From Clostridia bacterium (GTDB lineage: Bacteria > Bacillota > Clostridia > Oscillospirales > CAG-272): 64,000 nt of DNA. This document shows positions 1 to 10,042 of this stretch, piece after piece. The stretch's first letter is position 1; each line of letters opens with the position of its first letter. The stretch spans positions 17,602 to 81,601 of the forward strand of contig JAFOEU010000055.1 in assembly GCA_017387685.1 (NCBI GenBank), written 5' to 3'. The translations under genes and the position numbers were made by a program. The notes beneath the pieces are model-generated. The model had not been told where the DNA came from and ran no database searches. It was given only the letters and a program-made list of their open reading frames with translations.

Positions 1-126
1 GCCGTAGCCGATCTGATCGAGAAAGTCCACGCGCGCTTCCTCCATCCATTTTATATAATTCGAATGGTGCGCGACGGACATTTTATCGGTTTCGTGGTAC
101 TGTACCTTGCGGATGTAGGGTTTCAT
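1..126 (-). CDS. acyl-CoA thioesterase, YbgC/4HBT family (5' part only; runs off window start)
   Basis: Manual translation MKPYIRKVQYHETDKMSVAHHSNYIKWMEEARVDFL matches the hotdog thioesterase ETD-x-M-x-V-x-H-x-NY motif; AAGGAG RBS upstream. Confidence 0.8.
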   Translation of the reverse strand, partial: MKPYIRKVQYHETDKMSVAHHSNYIKWMEEARVDFLDQIGYG

Positions 127-138
127 TGGATTTTCTCC

Positions 139-1242
139 TTATTTTGACGGAATTTCGACCGAAACGACCTCAATTTTGATCTTCGCGCCGCCCTCGGGCA
201 TAATAAAAGCAAAGGTGGTGTAATAATAATTTTCGTCGTTTTTGATCAGACTCAGCTCCTCTTCTCCGAGGAACACGCGGTAATATTGCTCTGTTACCGC
301 CATAAGCGTGAATTTAACACGCTCGCCCGCTCTGTATTTCGCATTTATATCGAAATCTGTCAGCGCGCTTGTGTCGTTGAAAAGGATTGAATATTGCTCG
401 TCGCTGATCTTTCTTGCGGGAACGCTCAGCCTGAAAATATTTTCATACTGCGTCAGCCAATATGTTTTTCCGTCGGGATTTGTGTTTCGGCTGTCGGTAT
501 TTTCAAAAAATACGATCACGTATTCGCCCACGGGGAGGTGGTGGAGGCTGTCAAAGTTCGAATGATCCTCAAAATGCTCAAAATTAGTGTCAAACACGCG
601 CACGCTGCCTATTTTTGAATGTTCGGGCGAGGTTACAGTGATTTTTCCGTCGGCAACGAGTACGGGAAGCTCCGTAAGCTTTGTTTCGGGATCGGAAAAA
701 ATGCCGTAGTAACCCATTCCGTCGGCGCAGATCAAGCTCTCGCCATCTATCGTGTATTCATTCGTATATGAGAGAGTTTCGATTGGCTGAATACCGCTGC
801 CCCCCGAGCTGACTATGGGCGAGCCGTAGGAATATTTTTCGTTTTTATTCTGCGCCGTGACGAGCAGGAGGGATTTTATATAATCAAGATCAAGCTCGCC
901 TTTTTTGACGGAATAAAATTCTCCGCCGTAATCAATATGCCCGTCAAAGGTTATATTTAAAGTTTTCACCTTCATTCCCGCGCTATTATAGATAACGAGT
1001 TGGTATTTAAGCTCGGTCATTCCGCCGCGGCGAATTTTTTTGAGAGTCAGAGAATTGAGGTTTTGGCAGAGATACTTTACCTGCTCTGAGTCCCTGACGG
1101 TAACTCTGTTTATTTCGCCCTGCCCCGAAGTTTCGTATTCAGTTATTTCGACCGCGCCCGCAACGGGAAGCTCGAGTCGCTTGCAGCCGACAAGCATAAC
1201 GGCGCACAACGCGAGTAGGATCGGTATCAAAAATTTTTTCAT
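139..1242 (-). CDS. hypothetical lipoprotein
   Basis: MKKFLIPILLALCAVMLVGC lipobox signal peptide; AAAGGAG RBS before the ATG at 1242. Confidence 0.75.
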   Translation of the reverse strand: MKKFLIPILLALCAVMLVGCKRLELPVAGAVEITEYETSGQGEINRVTVRDSEQVKYLCQNLNSLTLKKIRRGGMTELKYQLVIYNSAGMKVKTLNITFDGHIDYGGEFYSVKKGELDLDYIKSLLLVTAQNKNEKYSYGSPIVSSGGSGIQPIETLSYTNEYTIDGESLICADGMGYYGIFSDPETKLTELPVLVADGKITVTSPEHSKIGSVRVFDTNFEHFEDHSNFDSLHHLPVGEYVIVFFENTDSRNTNPDGKTYWLTQYENIFRLSVPARKISDEQYSILFNDTSALTDFDINAKYRAGERVKFTLMAVTEQYYRVFLGEEELSLIKNDENYYYTTFAFIMPEGGAKIKIEVVSVEIPSK

Positions 1243-1267
1243 AATTCCAACTCCTTTCATATATATA

Positions 1268-1295
1268 TAGACGGGATTTTGGATGAAAAGTTTCG
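1268..1295 (-). promoter_or_regulatory. ECF sigma-type promoter (GAAAC-N16-CGTC)
   Basis: Minus strand cGAAAC ttttcatccaaaatcc CGTCta, matching the Firmicute SigX/SigM/SigV-like consensus. Confidence 0.65.
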
Positions 1296-1387
1296 GGGTA
1301 CGGGATAATTATATCATAAAAATGTAAATATTTTATGTATGCCTGAAAATTGGTTTTTGATTTTAGGTACTCAAAATTTGCTTAATT

Positions 1388-1729
1388 AAATTATCACTGT
1401 ATGGAACGGTACCCCGACGTCCCGGACAGCACGAAATTATATAATTAATAATATTCAATCGTAATTATAAAATTATATCTGTAGGGGAGGGCGCCCTCGA
1501 CCTCCCGAGCCCAATGAAATTTTTGCTTTGAACTTAATCAAGGAAATATCATTAAATATTCTTGATTTTAGAAACATATATAATTTTGTGCTGTCGCGGG
1601 AGGTCGAGGACGCCCTCCCCTACAGATTTTTAATGAAATTATTATTCCTTAACCTAATCAAATTTTGACTTTCGTGCTGCCCGGGACTGTCGAGCTACGC
1701 AAGCGTGCCGTCCCCTACGGTGATAATTT
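1388..1729. repeat. nested GTAG-type REP doublets (REPIN-like)
   Basis: Inner inverted pair GTAGGGGAGGGCGCCCTCGACCTCCCG (1481-1507) and its near complement (1597-1624); outer degenerate pair ~1388-1436 / ~1670-1729; AT-rich spacers. Confidence 0.75.
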
Positions 1730-1775
1730 TGTTTGTGCATATTTGGTTTGTTGGGATATATAATATAGTACATCA

Positions 1776-1950
1776 GGGGTGAAGGAGCGAAATCCTCCCG
1801 CTTGCGGGAGGATTTACTCCTTCCAAAACGGCGCCGAGGGCGGCGCCGCTTTGAAGCACGGAGAGTGTTTCGACCGCTGCGGCGGTCGACTTAAGGCTCC
1901 GCCTTAAGAAACCGCAAACTTTTAAAAAAGTTTGATCAAAACTTTCCGCT
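1776..1950 (+). repeat. ~170-nt multi-hairpin intergenic element, copy 1
   Basis: GGGGTGAAGGAG...CTCCTTCC, followed by stem-loops and ending CAAAACTTTCCGCT; homologs at 27725, 31636, 49659, 52943, 55352. Confidence 0.8.
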
Positions 1951-1973
1951 ACTGTTTTTTTAATAAAATCGAA

Positions 1974-2052
1974 AAAATCCCGCCGGATCCGGCGGGATTT
2001 TAACCTTCAACTATCAACTAGCAACTAGCAACTAGTAACTAGCAACTAATAA
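1974..2052 (+). repeat. hairpin + ACCTTCA + six CTAGYAA-like heptamers (probably also the mtlD terminator)
   Basis: aaaatcccgccggatccggcgggatttt, then ACCTTCA, then CTATCAA CTAGCAA CTAGCAA CTAGTAA CTAGCAA CTAATAA next to the mtlD stop. Confidence 0.8.
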
Positions 2053-2055
2053 TTA

Positions 2056-3270
2056 TTACTCCGCGTACTCATTAAGTGCCGCGATAAGCTCCGCAAAGCT
2101 TGCCTTCGCCGCGAGCATATCGTAAAATCTCTTAATAAGTGCTACGTCTGCCTCGTCGGTGATCTGCGAATACTTTGCAAGTGCTGCTGCTACGCCCTCG
2201 GTCTTTGCGCATGCGCTGACCTCTGCGCCTGCTTCGTCGCCTTCGCAGTCCCAAAGAAGTCCTGCAGCGATGCCGACAGCGAGGTATGCGGGGGTCTTTC
2301 CGCTTTCCTTAACGCAATTGAACGCGCCGACAAGTCTGTCGGAGGGGCTGAGCTTACGCTTGGTATCCTTACCTACGCGAAGGAGGGTATCCTCAAGCAG
2401 AGGATTGTCAAGGCGGGGAATAAGGTTATCAATAAAGGAAAGAAGTCCGTCAAGATCTGCGCCGTGACGCTTTGCAAGACCGCGTGCGGACTCGTCAAGC
2501 GCGCGGAGGAGGATATACTTGATCTCGGGGTCTCTGCCGACCTCGTAGATGTAGCTCAGACCCTTCTGATAGCCGAGGTACGCCATAGTCGCGTGGCCCA
2601 TATTATGAAGCATCAGCTTGCGCTCGATGTAGAAATCAAAGGGAGTAAAGGGAACAAGACCGTTCATATCGGGCGTGGGTGCGCCGACGGGACGGAATGC
2701 GGCGAGGTCTGCGGGAAGCTCGTTATAATAGTCGGTGCAGACCGCGAGGGGATTTTCGTCGGTGAATTTCTTGGGTGTGGGAGGAACGGTGATTCCTACA
2801 CAGCAGGAAACGAAGCCGATCTGCTCCTCGAAATACTCAACGAGATCCTCGGCAATATAGGGGCGGACGTAGCCGCGAAGGATCTTTTCGGAGCCGATAA
2901 GGTTTTCGCAAATGAGAATATTGAGGGGCTTCGCGCCTGCGGCATAACGCGCGGCGATACCCTTTGCAAGATTTTCGGCAACGTAGGGAAGGACGTTGAC
3001 ACCGAGAGAGGTTGCGAGAATGTCGCACTCTGCGATGAGCTTAACGACGCCGTCAACGTCGCGTCCGTTGAAGCCGGTGCAATTGCCGACCCATTCCTTG
3101 ACGTATTCGTTGCCGCGGGTAACGTAGACGGGATAACCGCCGTCCTTTTTGAGCTGTTCAACTACAGCCTCGTTGATGTCAACGAATGTCACGTCCCAGC
3201 CCGAAAGGGAAAAACGCTTACCGATAAAACCTCTGCCGATATTGCCGGCACCGTACATTATTGCTTTCAT
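2056..3270 (-). CDS. mtlD: mannitol-1-phosphate 5-dehydrogenase family protein
   Basis: MKAIMYGAGNIGRGFIG Rossmann start, CEN motif, ERKLxxxNxGHA, RVGKDTKRKLSPSDRL; AGGAG RBS before 3270. Confidence 0.8.
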   Translation of the reverse strand: MKAIMYGAGNIGRGFIGKRFSLSGWDVTFVDINEAVVEQLKKDGGYPVYVTRGNEYVKEWVGNCTGFNGRDVDGVVKLIAECDILATSLGVNVLPYVAENLAKGIAARYAAGAKPLNILICENLIGSEKILRGYVRPYIAEDLVEYFEEQIGFVSCCVGITVPPTPKKFTDENPLAVCTDYYNELPADLAAFRPVGAPTPDMNGLVPFTPFDFYIERKLMLHNMGHATMAYLGYQKGLSYIYEVGRDPEIKYILLRALDESARGLAKRHGADLDGLLSFIDNLIPRLDNPLLEDTLLRVGKDTKRKLSPSDRLVGAFNCVKESGKTPAYLAVGIAAGLLWDCEGDEAGAEVSACAKTEGVAAALAKYSQITDEADVALIKRFYDMLAAKASFAELIAALNEYAE

Positions 3271-3376
3271 TTTATATCTCCTTGAAGATTGAATACATAG
3301 ATAATTATATTTTAGCACTTTTTCGGTTGATTTGCAATACCTTTTTCAATATTAATCAAAAATTACGATGAAGGTA

Positions 3377-3408
3377 AAAAGTGCTGACCCTTGAAAGTCA
3401 GCACTTTT
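3377..3408 (-). terminator. intrinsic terminator after the M23 gene
   Basis: aaaagtgctgac-ccttgaaa-gtcagcactttt. Confidence 0.7.
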
Positions 3409-3410
3409 AA

Positions 3411-4238
3411 TTATTCTATTGGTAGTGTTTCTGCGGTTTTGGCAAGGGCTTCAAGCGCGGATTTGGAGAAATATTCGATCGGGTCAACGTCCGCACCGCC
3501 TACCTTCATTTCAAAGTGTAGGTGTGGTTCTTCTGCAAGCTCGAGGATGCCGCCCTCGCCGACTGCACCGATGAGGCACCCTTCGTCAACCTTCGCGCCG
3601 ACCTCGATTCCCTCGGCAAGGTCATCCGAGAGTCCGCGATAGATGCTGACGGCGTCGCCCGAATGCTCGATCCACACGCATTTGCCCCAAAGGGGATCAT
3701 CCGAAATCTGACTGATCTCGCCTCCCGCCGCCGCATAAACTGGTGCAGAGACGTTGGTCATAATGTCGATTCCGAGGTGGACTCGCCATTCACCGAGAGT
3801 GTTTGAAAAAACCTGAACGCTCGGATCGTGCTCCTTGCCGAGCTCACCCTCTGCGGGGAGCGAAAAAACGGGAATTTTTGCCGCGACGGATACGTCGGTA
3901 TCGTTGCCCGAGGGACGGGCGGTTTCTGCGGGAGGTGCGGTCTCAACGGGCTTAGGAGAGGCAGTTTCGGGCGCAGGCGATTGTGTGGTTGGCGTTTTTT
4001 GGATGGTTTCTGCATCAGTAACGTCACCCGGCTGTCCCTTTTTTGCTCTGTTTGCCGCAGAGGTCATTGCAACCGCGACAGCGAGAACGATCAAAAGTAC
4101 GGCAACGGTAAGATAGACCGTTCTGTTGACGCGCTCCGCGCTTTCATTTTTTTCGGTGGGGATCTTCTCACCCGCCACCTTGATCCTTGAAGTTTTTGGA
4201 ACTTTGATCTTTTTCGATCTTAAGGGATTGAATTTCAT
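3411..4238 (-). CDS. M23/LytM family membrane-anchored peptidase, SpoIIQ-like
   Basis: N-terminal TM helix, Pro/Thr-rich linker, HLGID and PHLHFE motifs; AAGGAG RBS at 4238; possible sigmaF-like GAATA-N14-GGCAAAAATA upstream. Confidence 0.75.
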   Translation of the reverse strand: MKFNPLRSKKIKVPKTSRIKVAGEKIPTEKNESAERVNRTVYLTVAVLLIVLAVAVAMTSAANRAKKGQPGDVTDAETIQKTPTTQSPAPETASPKPVETAPPAETARPSGNDTDVSVAAKIPVFSLPAEGELGKEHDPSVQVFSNTLGEWRVHLGIDIMTNVSAPVYAAAGGEISQISDDPLWGKCVWIEHSGDAVSIYRGLSDDLAEGIEVGAKVDEGCLIGAVGEGGILELAEEPHLHFEMKVGGADVDPIEYFSKSALEALAKTAETLPIE

Positions 4239-4378
4239 TTTTTGCTCCTTTTTGTTAGTTACATTACTATTTTTGCCTCGATAGATAAATTTATTCAAAA
4301 ATTTAATTTTTCTCTTGAAATAATCGAATTTGTGTGTTATTATTATAATGGAAATAATTTTGCAAGGGAGTGATATAA

Positions 4379-5164
4379 ATGGCACTGTTTGCCGTATCGG
4401 ATATTCACGGTTATTATGACGAAACAATAAAAGCACTTAGCGAGGCGGGATTTTTTGATTCCGATGAAAATAATCTGATAGTTGTCGGCGACGCGCTCGA
4501 CAGAGGCAGTCAGCCGAACGAAATGATCGATTTTCTGCTCGGACTTCACCACGATGGCAGGCTCATTTATATCTACGGCAACCACGAGGAGCTTTTTTAT
4601 GACTGCCTGCAGGAGATCGCCGCGGGCGGTATCGGAATGATTGCGAGCGGAATGTCGCATCATTATCACAACAGAACCTTTCACACCCTCGTTGCCATCA
4701 GCGGTATGAGCTTGAACGAGGCGCTTCTCTACCCCGAGGAGCTTGTTTCAAGAGTTAAGGAAAGCGATTATTACAAAATACTGCTCCCCGCTACGGTCGA
4801 TTATTATGAAACCGAAAAATATATCTTCTGTCACGGCTGGCTCCCGCTTGATATAGAGATCGAGGATAGAATAGCAAACTTCATCTACCGCCCCGATTGG
4901 CGCGAAGCGGACGAAACCGAATGGCACAAGGCTCGCTGGCGCAACGGAATGGAAATGTGCTGTATGCACGGCGTTCGTGAAGCGGGAAAGACCGTAGTTT
5001 GCGGACATTGGAACTGCTCCTGGGGACACGCGCACGTCGACGGAATTTGCTCCGAGCGCGGCAAGGATGCGATCACTACACCCTTTTATGCCGACGGCAT
5101 CATCGCGATCGACGCCTGCACGGCTCGGTGGGAAAAAGTAAACTGCATTAAAATTGAAATATAA
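4379..5164 (+). CDS. calcineurin-like metallophosphoesterase (Ser/Thr phosphatase-like)
   Basis: SDIHG, GDALDRG, GNHE, CHG and GHW motifs. Confidence 0.85.
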   Translation: MALFAVSDIHGYYDETIKALSEAGFFDSDENNLIVVGDALDRGSQPNEMIDFLLGLHHDGRLIYIYGNHEELFYDCLQEIAAGGIGMIASGMSHHYHNRTFHTLVAISGMSLNEALLYPEELVSRVKESDYYKILLPATVDYYETEKYIFCHGWLPLDIEIEDRIANFIYRPDWREADETEWHKARWRNGMEMCCMHGVREAGKTVVCGHWNCSWGHAHVDGICSERGKDAITTPFYADGIIAIDACTARWEKVNCIKIEI

Positions 5165-5185
5165 ACTATAAATTAAGGTGAAGCT

Positions 5186-5743
5186 ATGAAAAACACGGTT
5201 TATATAGTTATCAGCCAAACGGGAACAGCACTTTCAAGAGTTTTAAAATTCATAACCGGCGCAAAATATAATCACGCATCGATCAGCCTTGTGCCCGATC
5301 TTTCAAAGATGTATTCGTTTGGCAGAACGAATCCCTACAATCCCGTTCACGGCGGATTTGTTGTCGAATCGCCTCATTACGGAACCTTCAAGCGTTTTTC
5401 GGGAACGAAGGTCGAGGTGCTTTCGGTCAGCGTTTCGGAGGGGCAGTATATCAATCTCAAGCAGATGCTTGAGGCGATGGAGAAAAATAAAAAGAGGTAT
5501 CATTATAATTATCTCGGACTCTTCCTTGCGGGCGCAAAGATCCATTACAGACGCGCAAACACCTATTATTGCTCGGAATTCGTCAAGGAAATGCTCGTGA
5601 AAAACGGCATCCGAAGTGCACGCGCGCTTAACGATATCATCGAGCCTATGCAATTCCTCACTCTGCCCGACGCAAACCACGTTTACAGCGGCAAATTGAA
5701 GGATTATTCAAACAGCTTTGCAGATAATGGGGGCAAATCATGA
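5186..5743 (+). CDS. permuted papain-like NlpC/P60 family protein
   Basis: His (YNHASISL) precedes Cys (YYCSEFV), with YHYNYLGL between. Confidence 0.6.
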   Translation: MKNTVYIVISQTGTALSRVLKFITGAKYNHASISLVPDLSKMYSFGRTNPYNPVHGGFVVESPHYGTFKRFSGTKVEVLSVSVSEGQYINLKQMLEAMEKNKKRYHYNYLGLFLAGAKIHYRRANTYYCSEFVKEMLVKNGIRSARALNDIIEPMQFLTLPDANHVYSGKLKDYSNSFADNGGKS

Positions 5744-7206
5744 TAAAATGCACACCCGAGGCGGCGGGAATAAGCAGCCGTCACGTTAAAAAATTCTACG
5801 ATTTTCTCGATGCCTGCAATCTCTCAACCCACAGCGTCATAATGTCGCGCGGCGGCAAAATATTCTCGGAATGCTACTATGAGCCCTTCGGCGCGGATTT
5901 TCTGCACAGAATGTACTCGGTCTCAAAGACCTTCGTTTCTATCGCCGTCGGATTTTGTATTCAGGACGGACTTTTATCGCTTGACGACACGATGGATAAA
6001 TTTTTCCCCGAGCATCTTAATAAGGACGGCGCGATAGTCCATAAGACCAAAATCCGCGAGCTTCTTTCGATGCAGACAGATCAAACGGGCACCAATTGGT
6101 TCAAAAAGCACCCCGAGGACAGAAGCGAGGTCTATTTTCACGCTCCCGCAACGAAAAAATCGGGAACGCTGTTTGATTACGACAGCTCGGGCTCGTATAT
6201 GCTCGGCGTCATTGTGGAAAAGCTGACGGGCAAGCCGTTTCTAAAATATCTGCAAGAAAAGGTGCTCGACGATATCGGTTTTTCAAAGGACTCGTACTGC
6301 ATAAAGGCACCGGGAGGGTACTCCTTCGGTGATTCGGGAGTTATGTGCACCGCGCGCGACTTGCATCTTTTCGCGCGGTTCGTGCTGAACGGCGGCGTGT
6401 GGAACGGAAAACGGTATTTGAATGAAGAATACATCCGTGCCGCGACCGATATGAAGGTATGCACAAGCGATTACGGCTTTCTCGACCACGGCTCATTCGG
6501 CTACGGATATCTGATCTGGGGCGCGCCCGAGGGATGCTTTGCGATGCTCGGAATGGGCAATCAGATAGCACTTTGCGATCCGAAGCACGATTTTATTTTC
6601 GTTATAAATTCGGATAACCAGGGCAACAGCCGCGGTTACGAGCAGATCTTCACCGCGCTCTACCTCTGCATAATCGATAATCTGGATGATCCTCTGCCCG
6701 AAAACGCGGAAGAATACGCGATTTTAGAGGAATCTATTAATAATAAGAAGTTATTTTACCTCAAGGGTGCAAAATCCTCGCCTTTTGCCGAAAAGATCAA
6801 CGGCGCGACCTTCATTTGCGATAATAATCCGATGAATATCAAGCATTTTCGCCTTGAATTTGACGGTAATGAGGGCATTTTTCACTATGAAAACGCAACG
6901 GGAGCAAAATCCCTTCGTTTCGGCTTCGGTCACAACGTCTTTATGTCCTTTCCCGAGGAGGGATATTCGGATCTGACCGCAAACGAATACGCGCCCGGCA
7001 ATTTCTACGCCTCCGCGATCTCCGCAGATTGGTGCGAAGAGCAAACTCTGCGCATCCGCGTGCAGATAATCGATAAATATTTCGGCAACCTCGCCATAAT
7101 TTTCGGCTTCAAGAACGAAAACGAGGCATCGGTCCGAATGACCAAAACCGCCGAGGACTTTCTCTCCGAATATAGCGGCGTGATGAATGCGGAAAGAAAA
7201 GTATAA
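5740..7206 (+). CDS. serine hydrolase, beta-lactamase class C-like family
   Basis: SVSK (SxxK), FDYDS, GYGY-IW and LGMGNQ motifs. Confidence 0.8.
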   Translation: MIKCTPEAAGISSRHVKKFYDFLDACNLSTHSVIMSRGGKIFSECYYEPFGADFLHRMYSVSKTFVSIAVGFCIQDGLLSLDDTMDKFFPEHLNKDGAIVHKTKIRELLSMQTDQTGTNWFKKHPEDRSEVYFHAPATKKSGTLFDYDSSGSYMLGVIVEKLTGKPFLKYLQEKVLDDIGFSKDSYCIKAPGGYSFGDSGVMCTARDLHLFARFVLNGGVWNGKRYLNEEYIRAATDMKVCTSDYGFLDHGSFGYGYLIWGAPEGCFAMLGMGNQIALCDPKHDFIFVINSDNQGNSRGYEQIFTALYLCIIDNLDDPLPENAEEYAILEESINNKKLFYLKGAKSSPFAEKINGATFICDNNPMNIKHFRLEFDGNEGIFHYENATGAKSLRFGFGHNVFMSFPEEGYSDLTANEYAPGNFYASAISADWCEEQTLRIRVQIIDKYFGNLAIIFGFKNENEASVRMTKTAEDFLSEYSGVMNAERKV

Positions 7207-7668
7207 AATGGGGCTGGCTCATTAAGAAAAATTTTACCAAAAGAAAGTGTATAGCTCTTCATTGATATTCACTTGGTGAAATTTGCACTAAACTGAAGTT
7301 GCGCGGGCTCCTTCCACCGCTTCCGCGGTCCCCCTCCCTCCCGGAGGGAGGCTTGGTTTGTGCAAATTCCGTCATTTCTGCGTCGCTCTTTAAACACATT
7401 TATAACTTTGCATAACAAAAAGGAATATTTTATTTGAATCAATTTGCACTCGTAATAGAGTTTCAGCAAACTTTTTCAATAAAATATTCCTATTTGCTTT
7501 TTATGGATTAAGTTAGAATGGTATTCGTCTGAATTTCCGAAGGAATTTGCAGTAACCCCTAAGCCTCCCTCCGGGAGGGAGGGGGACCACGGCAGTGGTG
7601 GAAGGAGCCCGCGCAACTTCGGGTTAGCTCATATTTTATTTATGTTAAATGAGCCAGCCTCATTTTAT
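7204..7668. repeat. nested inverted repeat / REP doublet between convergent genes
   Basis: Outer IR taaaatggggctggctcatt (7204) / aatgagccagcctcatttta (~7648); inner ~58-bp IR 7297-7354 / 7561-7619 (CCCCCTCCCTCCCGGAGGGAGGC type). Confidence 0.75.
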
Positions 7669-7832
7669 ATTTTTCGGTGGTCATATTACTACAATACACG
7701 ATAATTATTTAAACTCGTTGTATCGTTGGGTGCGAACATTGAGCTCATTTCAATAAAGATTTTTTAAATGAAAAATTTATTGATTATAATATTATTTTAG
7801 TCAGTACGAAAATTAAATAAAAAATTATTTCA

Positions 7833-8573
7833 TCAAGGATGCTCTCGGATATCAACAACTACCCACTCGCCGTTTTCGTTTTTTTCTACTTGCCAGAGCG
7901 ACGGAATGCGCCAGCTGCCGCAAATGCTTTTGCCGTTGTGATCAAAGGTTTCGGACGAATAGTAGACCCATATCCAACCCTCGTTTTCGTCAAGGTGAGC
8001 ACTCCAAAGATCGAGTGAATGCTCATTGAACGCCGCATCCTCGTAGCTGTCGGTCGGTGTTGCGTAGCGGGCAAGCAAGCCGTATGCTTCCTCATTTTCG
8101 GCTCTCGTGTGGCGAACGTCATTAAAGGCTTGGTTAGCCAAAAGGAGAACGGATATTACTTCCTCGCGATCGGATGCCGAGCCGATATAAAAAGCCATTT
8201 TCATCTGATCCTCGGTGTAATAATCGTTAAGACTGATCGCGGCGATTCGGTAAACAGGGAAAAAATGAAGCAAAAGGCTAACCGTAATCAAAACGGAGGC
8301 GATAACAGCCGCGATCACGGAACCGACGCGAAGAACCTTTTTTCGAAGTTTTCTTCGTATATTTTTTATTGATTTCAACACCTCGGCTTCAAAATCTGAC
8401 GCCTCGGGGCTGATTTTTTCGACCTTTTTTCCCGTTTTTAATCCTTCAAGCTCTGCGGCACATTCGGGGCATCCCTCAAGGTGCTCATTTATCGCCTCGG
8501 CGGTTTCTTCGCTGACCATATTTTCAAGGTAAAGCGGCAAAATATCGCGGACGACGTTGCATTCGTTTTTCAT
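7833..8573 (-). CDS. zf-HC2 (ZAS) anti-sigma factor with TM helix and extracellular domain
   Basis: ECNVVRDILPLY...EHLEGCPEC zinc motif, TM helix; ATGA overlap with the upstream sigma gene. Confidence 0.85.
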   Translation of the reverse strand: MKNECNVVRDILPLYLENMVSEETAEAINEHLEGCPECAAELEGLKTGKKVEKISPEASDFEAEVLKSIKNIRRKLRKKVLRVGSVIAAVIASVLITVSLLLHFFPVYRIAAISLNDYYTEDQMKMAFYIGSASDREEVISVLLLANQAFNDVRHTRAENEEAYGLLARYATPTDSYEDAAFNEHSLDLWSAHLDENEGWIWVYYSSETFDHNGKSICGSWRIPSLWQVEKNENGEWVVVDIREHP

Positions 8574-9055
8574 TTTCTTTCCTCCAATCGTTTTTGAATC
8601 ATTTTTACTGCCCGGTGGTAGGTAACGCAAGCCCAGTTATCGGTTTTTCCGTACATATCACCGATCTCCTTGAACGACAGCTCACCGAAAACGCGCCACA
8701 TAAAGACCTCTTTATACGGATCTTGCAGGCTGTGCATAATTTTTCGTATTTTCCGCGCGTCATCTTGGTCGCCGAAATCGATGCTGCCGTCGGGATCCGA
8801 AATATTCTGCAGGTCAGGAGAGTCGATGCTGACTACATTTTTGTGCTTTTTCAAATATGAATAATAGGTATTTTTCGCGATCTGACAAAGCCAAACGCGA
8901 ATATCGCAGTCGCCGCGAAAATCCTTGACCGAATTGATCGCCTTGAAAAATGTCTCGCTCGTGATCTCCTCGGCAATATGCTCGTTCCCCGAAAGCTGCA
9001 TTATATAAAGGTAGACAGATTTGAAATACGTTTTGTAAATATCATCAAACTCCAT
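8570..9055 (-). CDS. ECF RNA polymerase sigma-70 factor
   Basis: AEEITSETFFKA, WLCQIAKN and region 4 ELSFKEIG; GGAGGTG RBS. Confidence 0.9.
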   Translation of the reverse strand: MEFDDIYKTYFKSVYLYIMQLSGNEHIAEEITSETFFKAINSVKDFRGDCDIRVWLCQIAKNTYYSYLKKHKNVVSIDSPDLQNISDPDGSIDFGDQDDARKIRKIMHSLQDPYKEVFMWRVFGELSFKEIGDMYGKTDNWACVTYHRAVKMIQKRLEERK

Positions 9056-9082
9056 TGCGCTCCCACCTCCTTTCACACATAA

Positions 9083-9108
9083 GACTCCAAAAGGGAGAAA
9101 ATCTTACA
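9083..9108 (-). promoter_or_regulatory. putative autoregulatory ECF promoter (TGTAAG-N16-AGTC)
   Basis: Directly upstream of the ECF gene RBS with 16-nt spacing. Confidence 0.5.
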
Positions 9109-9413
9109 AGCTTTTTTGAGATTTTTGTTTTATTATAGCATAAAAATAAGGAATAGTCCACCATAATTGAATTATTTGCGTTATTTAACTGATGTGCAAT
9201 TGTGCGGCGCGATATATTTTGCTTCTCAAAAAGTGATAGAATCGGCTTGATTATGATCAAACTACGTCATTCTTGCCAAATACAATCATTTGTAACACTT
9301 TATTATTGAAATATCTCGGGAAAATATGGTATAATAAAAAATGGCGCGAAAAAATCGGGTTTTTCGTGTTTCAAAAAAACTTTTGAAAAAAATCAAAAAA
9401 ATTTCCGAAACCG

Positions 9414-9445
9414 TGCAACCAAACGAAAATTTTGTTGTGTATATA
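9414..9445 (+). promoter_or_regulatory. putative autoregulatory ECF promoter (TGCAAC-N16-TGTGTATATA)
   Basis: Directly upstream of the ECF gene at 9469. Confidence 0.55.
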
Positions 9446-9468
9446 GGTGTAGGGCAATGGAGGCAAAT

Positions 9469-10023
9469 ATGCAAGACAATAAGATCGTAGATCTGTATTT
9501 CGCCCGCGACGAGCAAGCGATCGCTCAGACGTCGGCTAAATACAATACCTACTGTATGAATATTGCAATGAATATTTTGCACAACCGCGAGGACAGCGAG
9601 GAATGTGTAAACGACACATTGCTTGCGGCTTGGAATTCGATACCGCCGCACCGTCCCGAAAATCTCTCGGCTTTCCTTGGTAAGCTCACGAGAAACTTTT
9701 CGATCAACCGCCACAAGGCAAATCATGCCGAGCGGCGAGGCGGAGGCGAGTTCGCTCTCTCTCTCGAGGAGCTTGACGAGTGTATCGAGGATCCGCGAAC
9801 GCTTGGGGATGACCCCGAGGAGCTCGGACGGATCATAAGCGAATTCCTTTATACTCAACCAAAGGAAATGAGGCAGGTTTTCGTCCGCCGATATTTCCAC
9901 AGCGAGTCGATCTCGGATATCGCAGAATACTTCGACATGACGGAGTCAAAGGTCAAGTCGATACTTCACCGAATGCGCCACTCACTTAAACCCTATCTCA
10001 CCGAACACGGAATACACATCTGA
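9469..10023 (+). CDS. ECF RNA polymerase sigma-70 factor
   Basis: MQDNKIVDLYFARDEQAI, DSEECVNDT, WNSIPP, RRYFHSESISDIA; GGAGG RBS. Confidence 0.9.
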   Translation: MQDNKIVDLYFARDEQAIAQTSAKYNTYCMNIAMNILHNREDSEECVNDTLLAAWNSIPPHRPENLSAFLGKLTRNFSINRHKANHAERRGGGEFALSLEELDECIEDPRTLGDDPEELGRIISEFLYTQPKEMRQVFVRRYFHSESISDIAEYFDMTESKVKSILHRMRHSLKPYLTEHGIHI

Positions 10024-10042
10024 CACAGAAAAGGCACTACCA

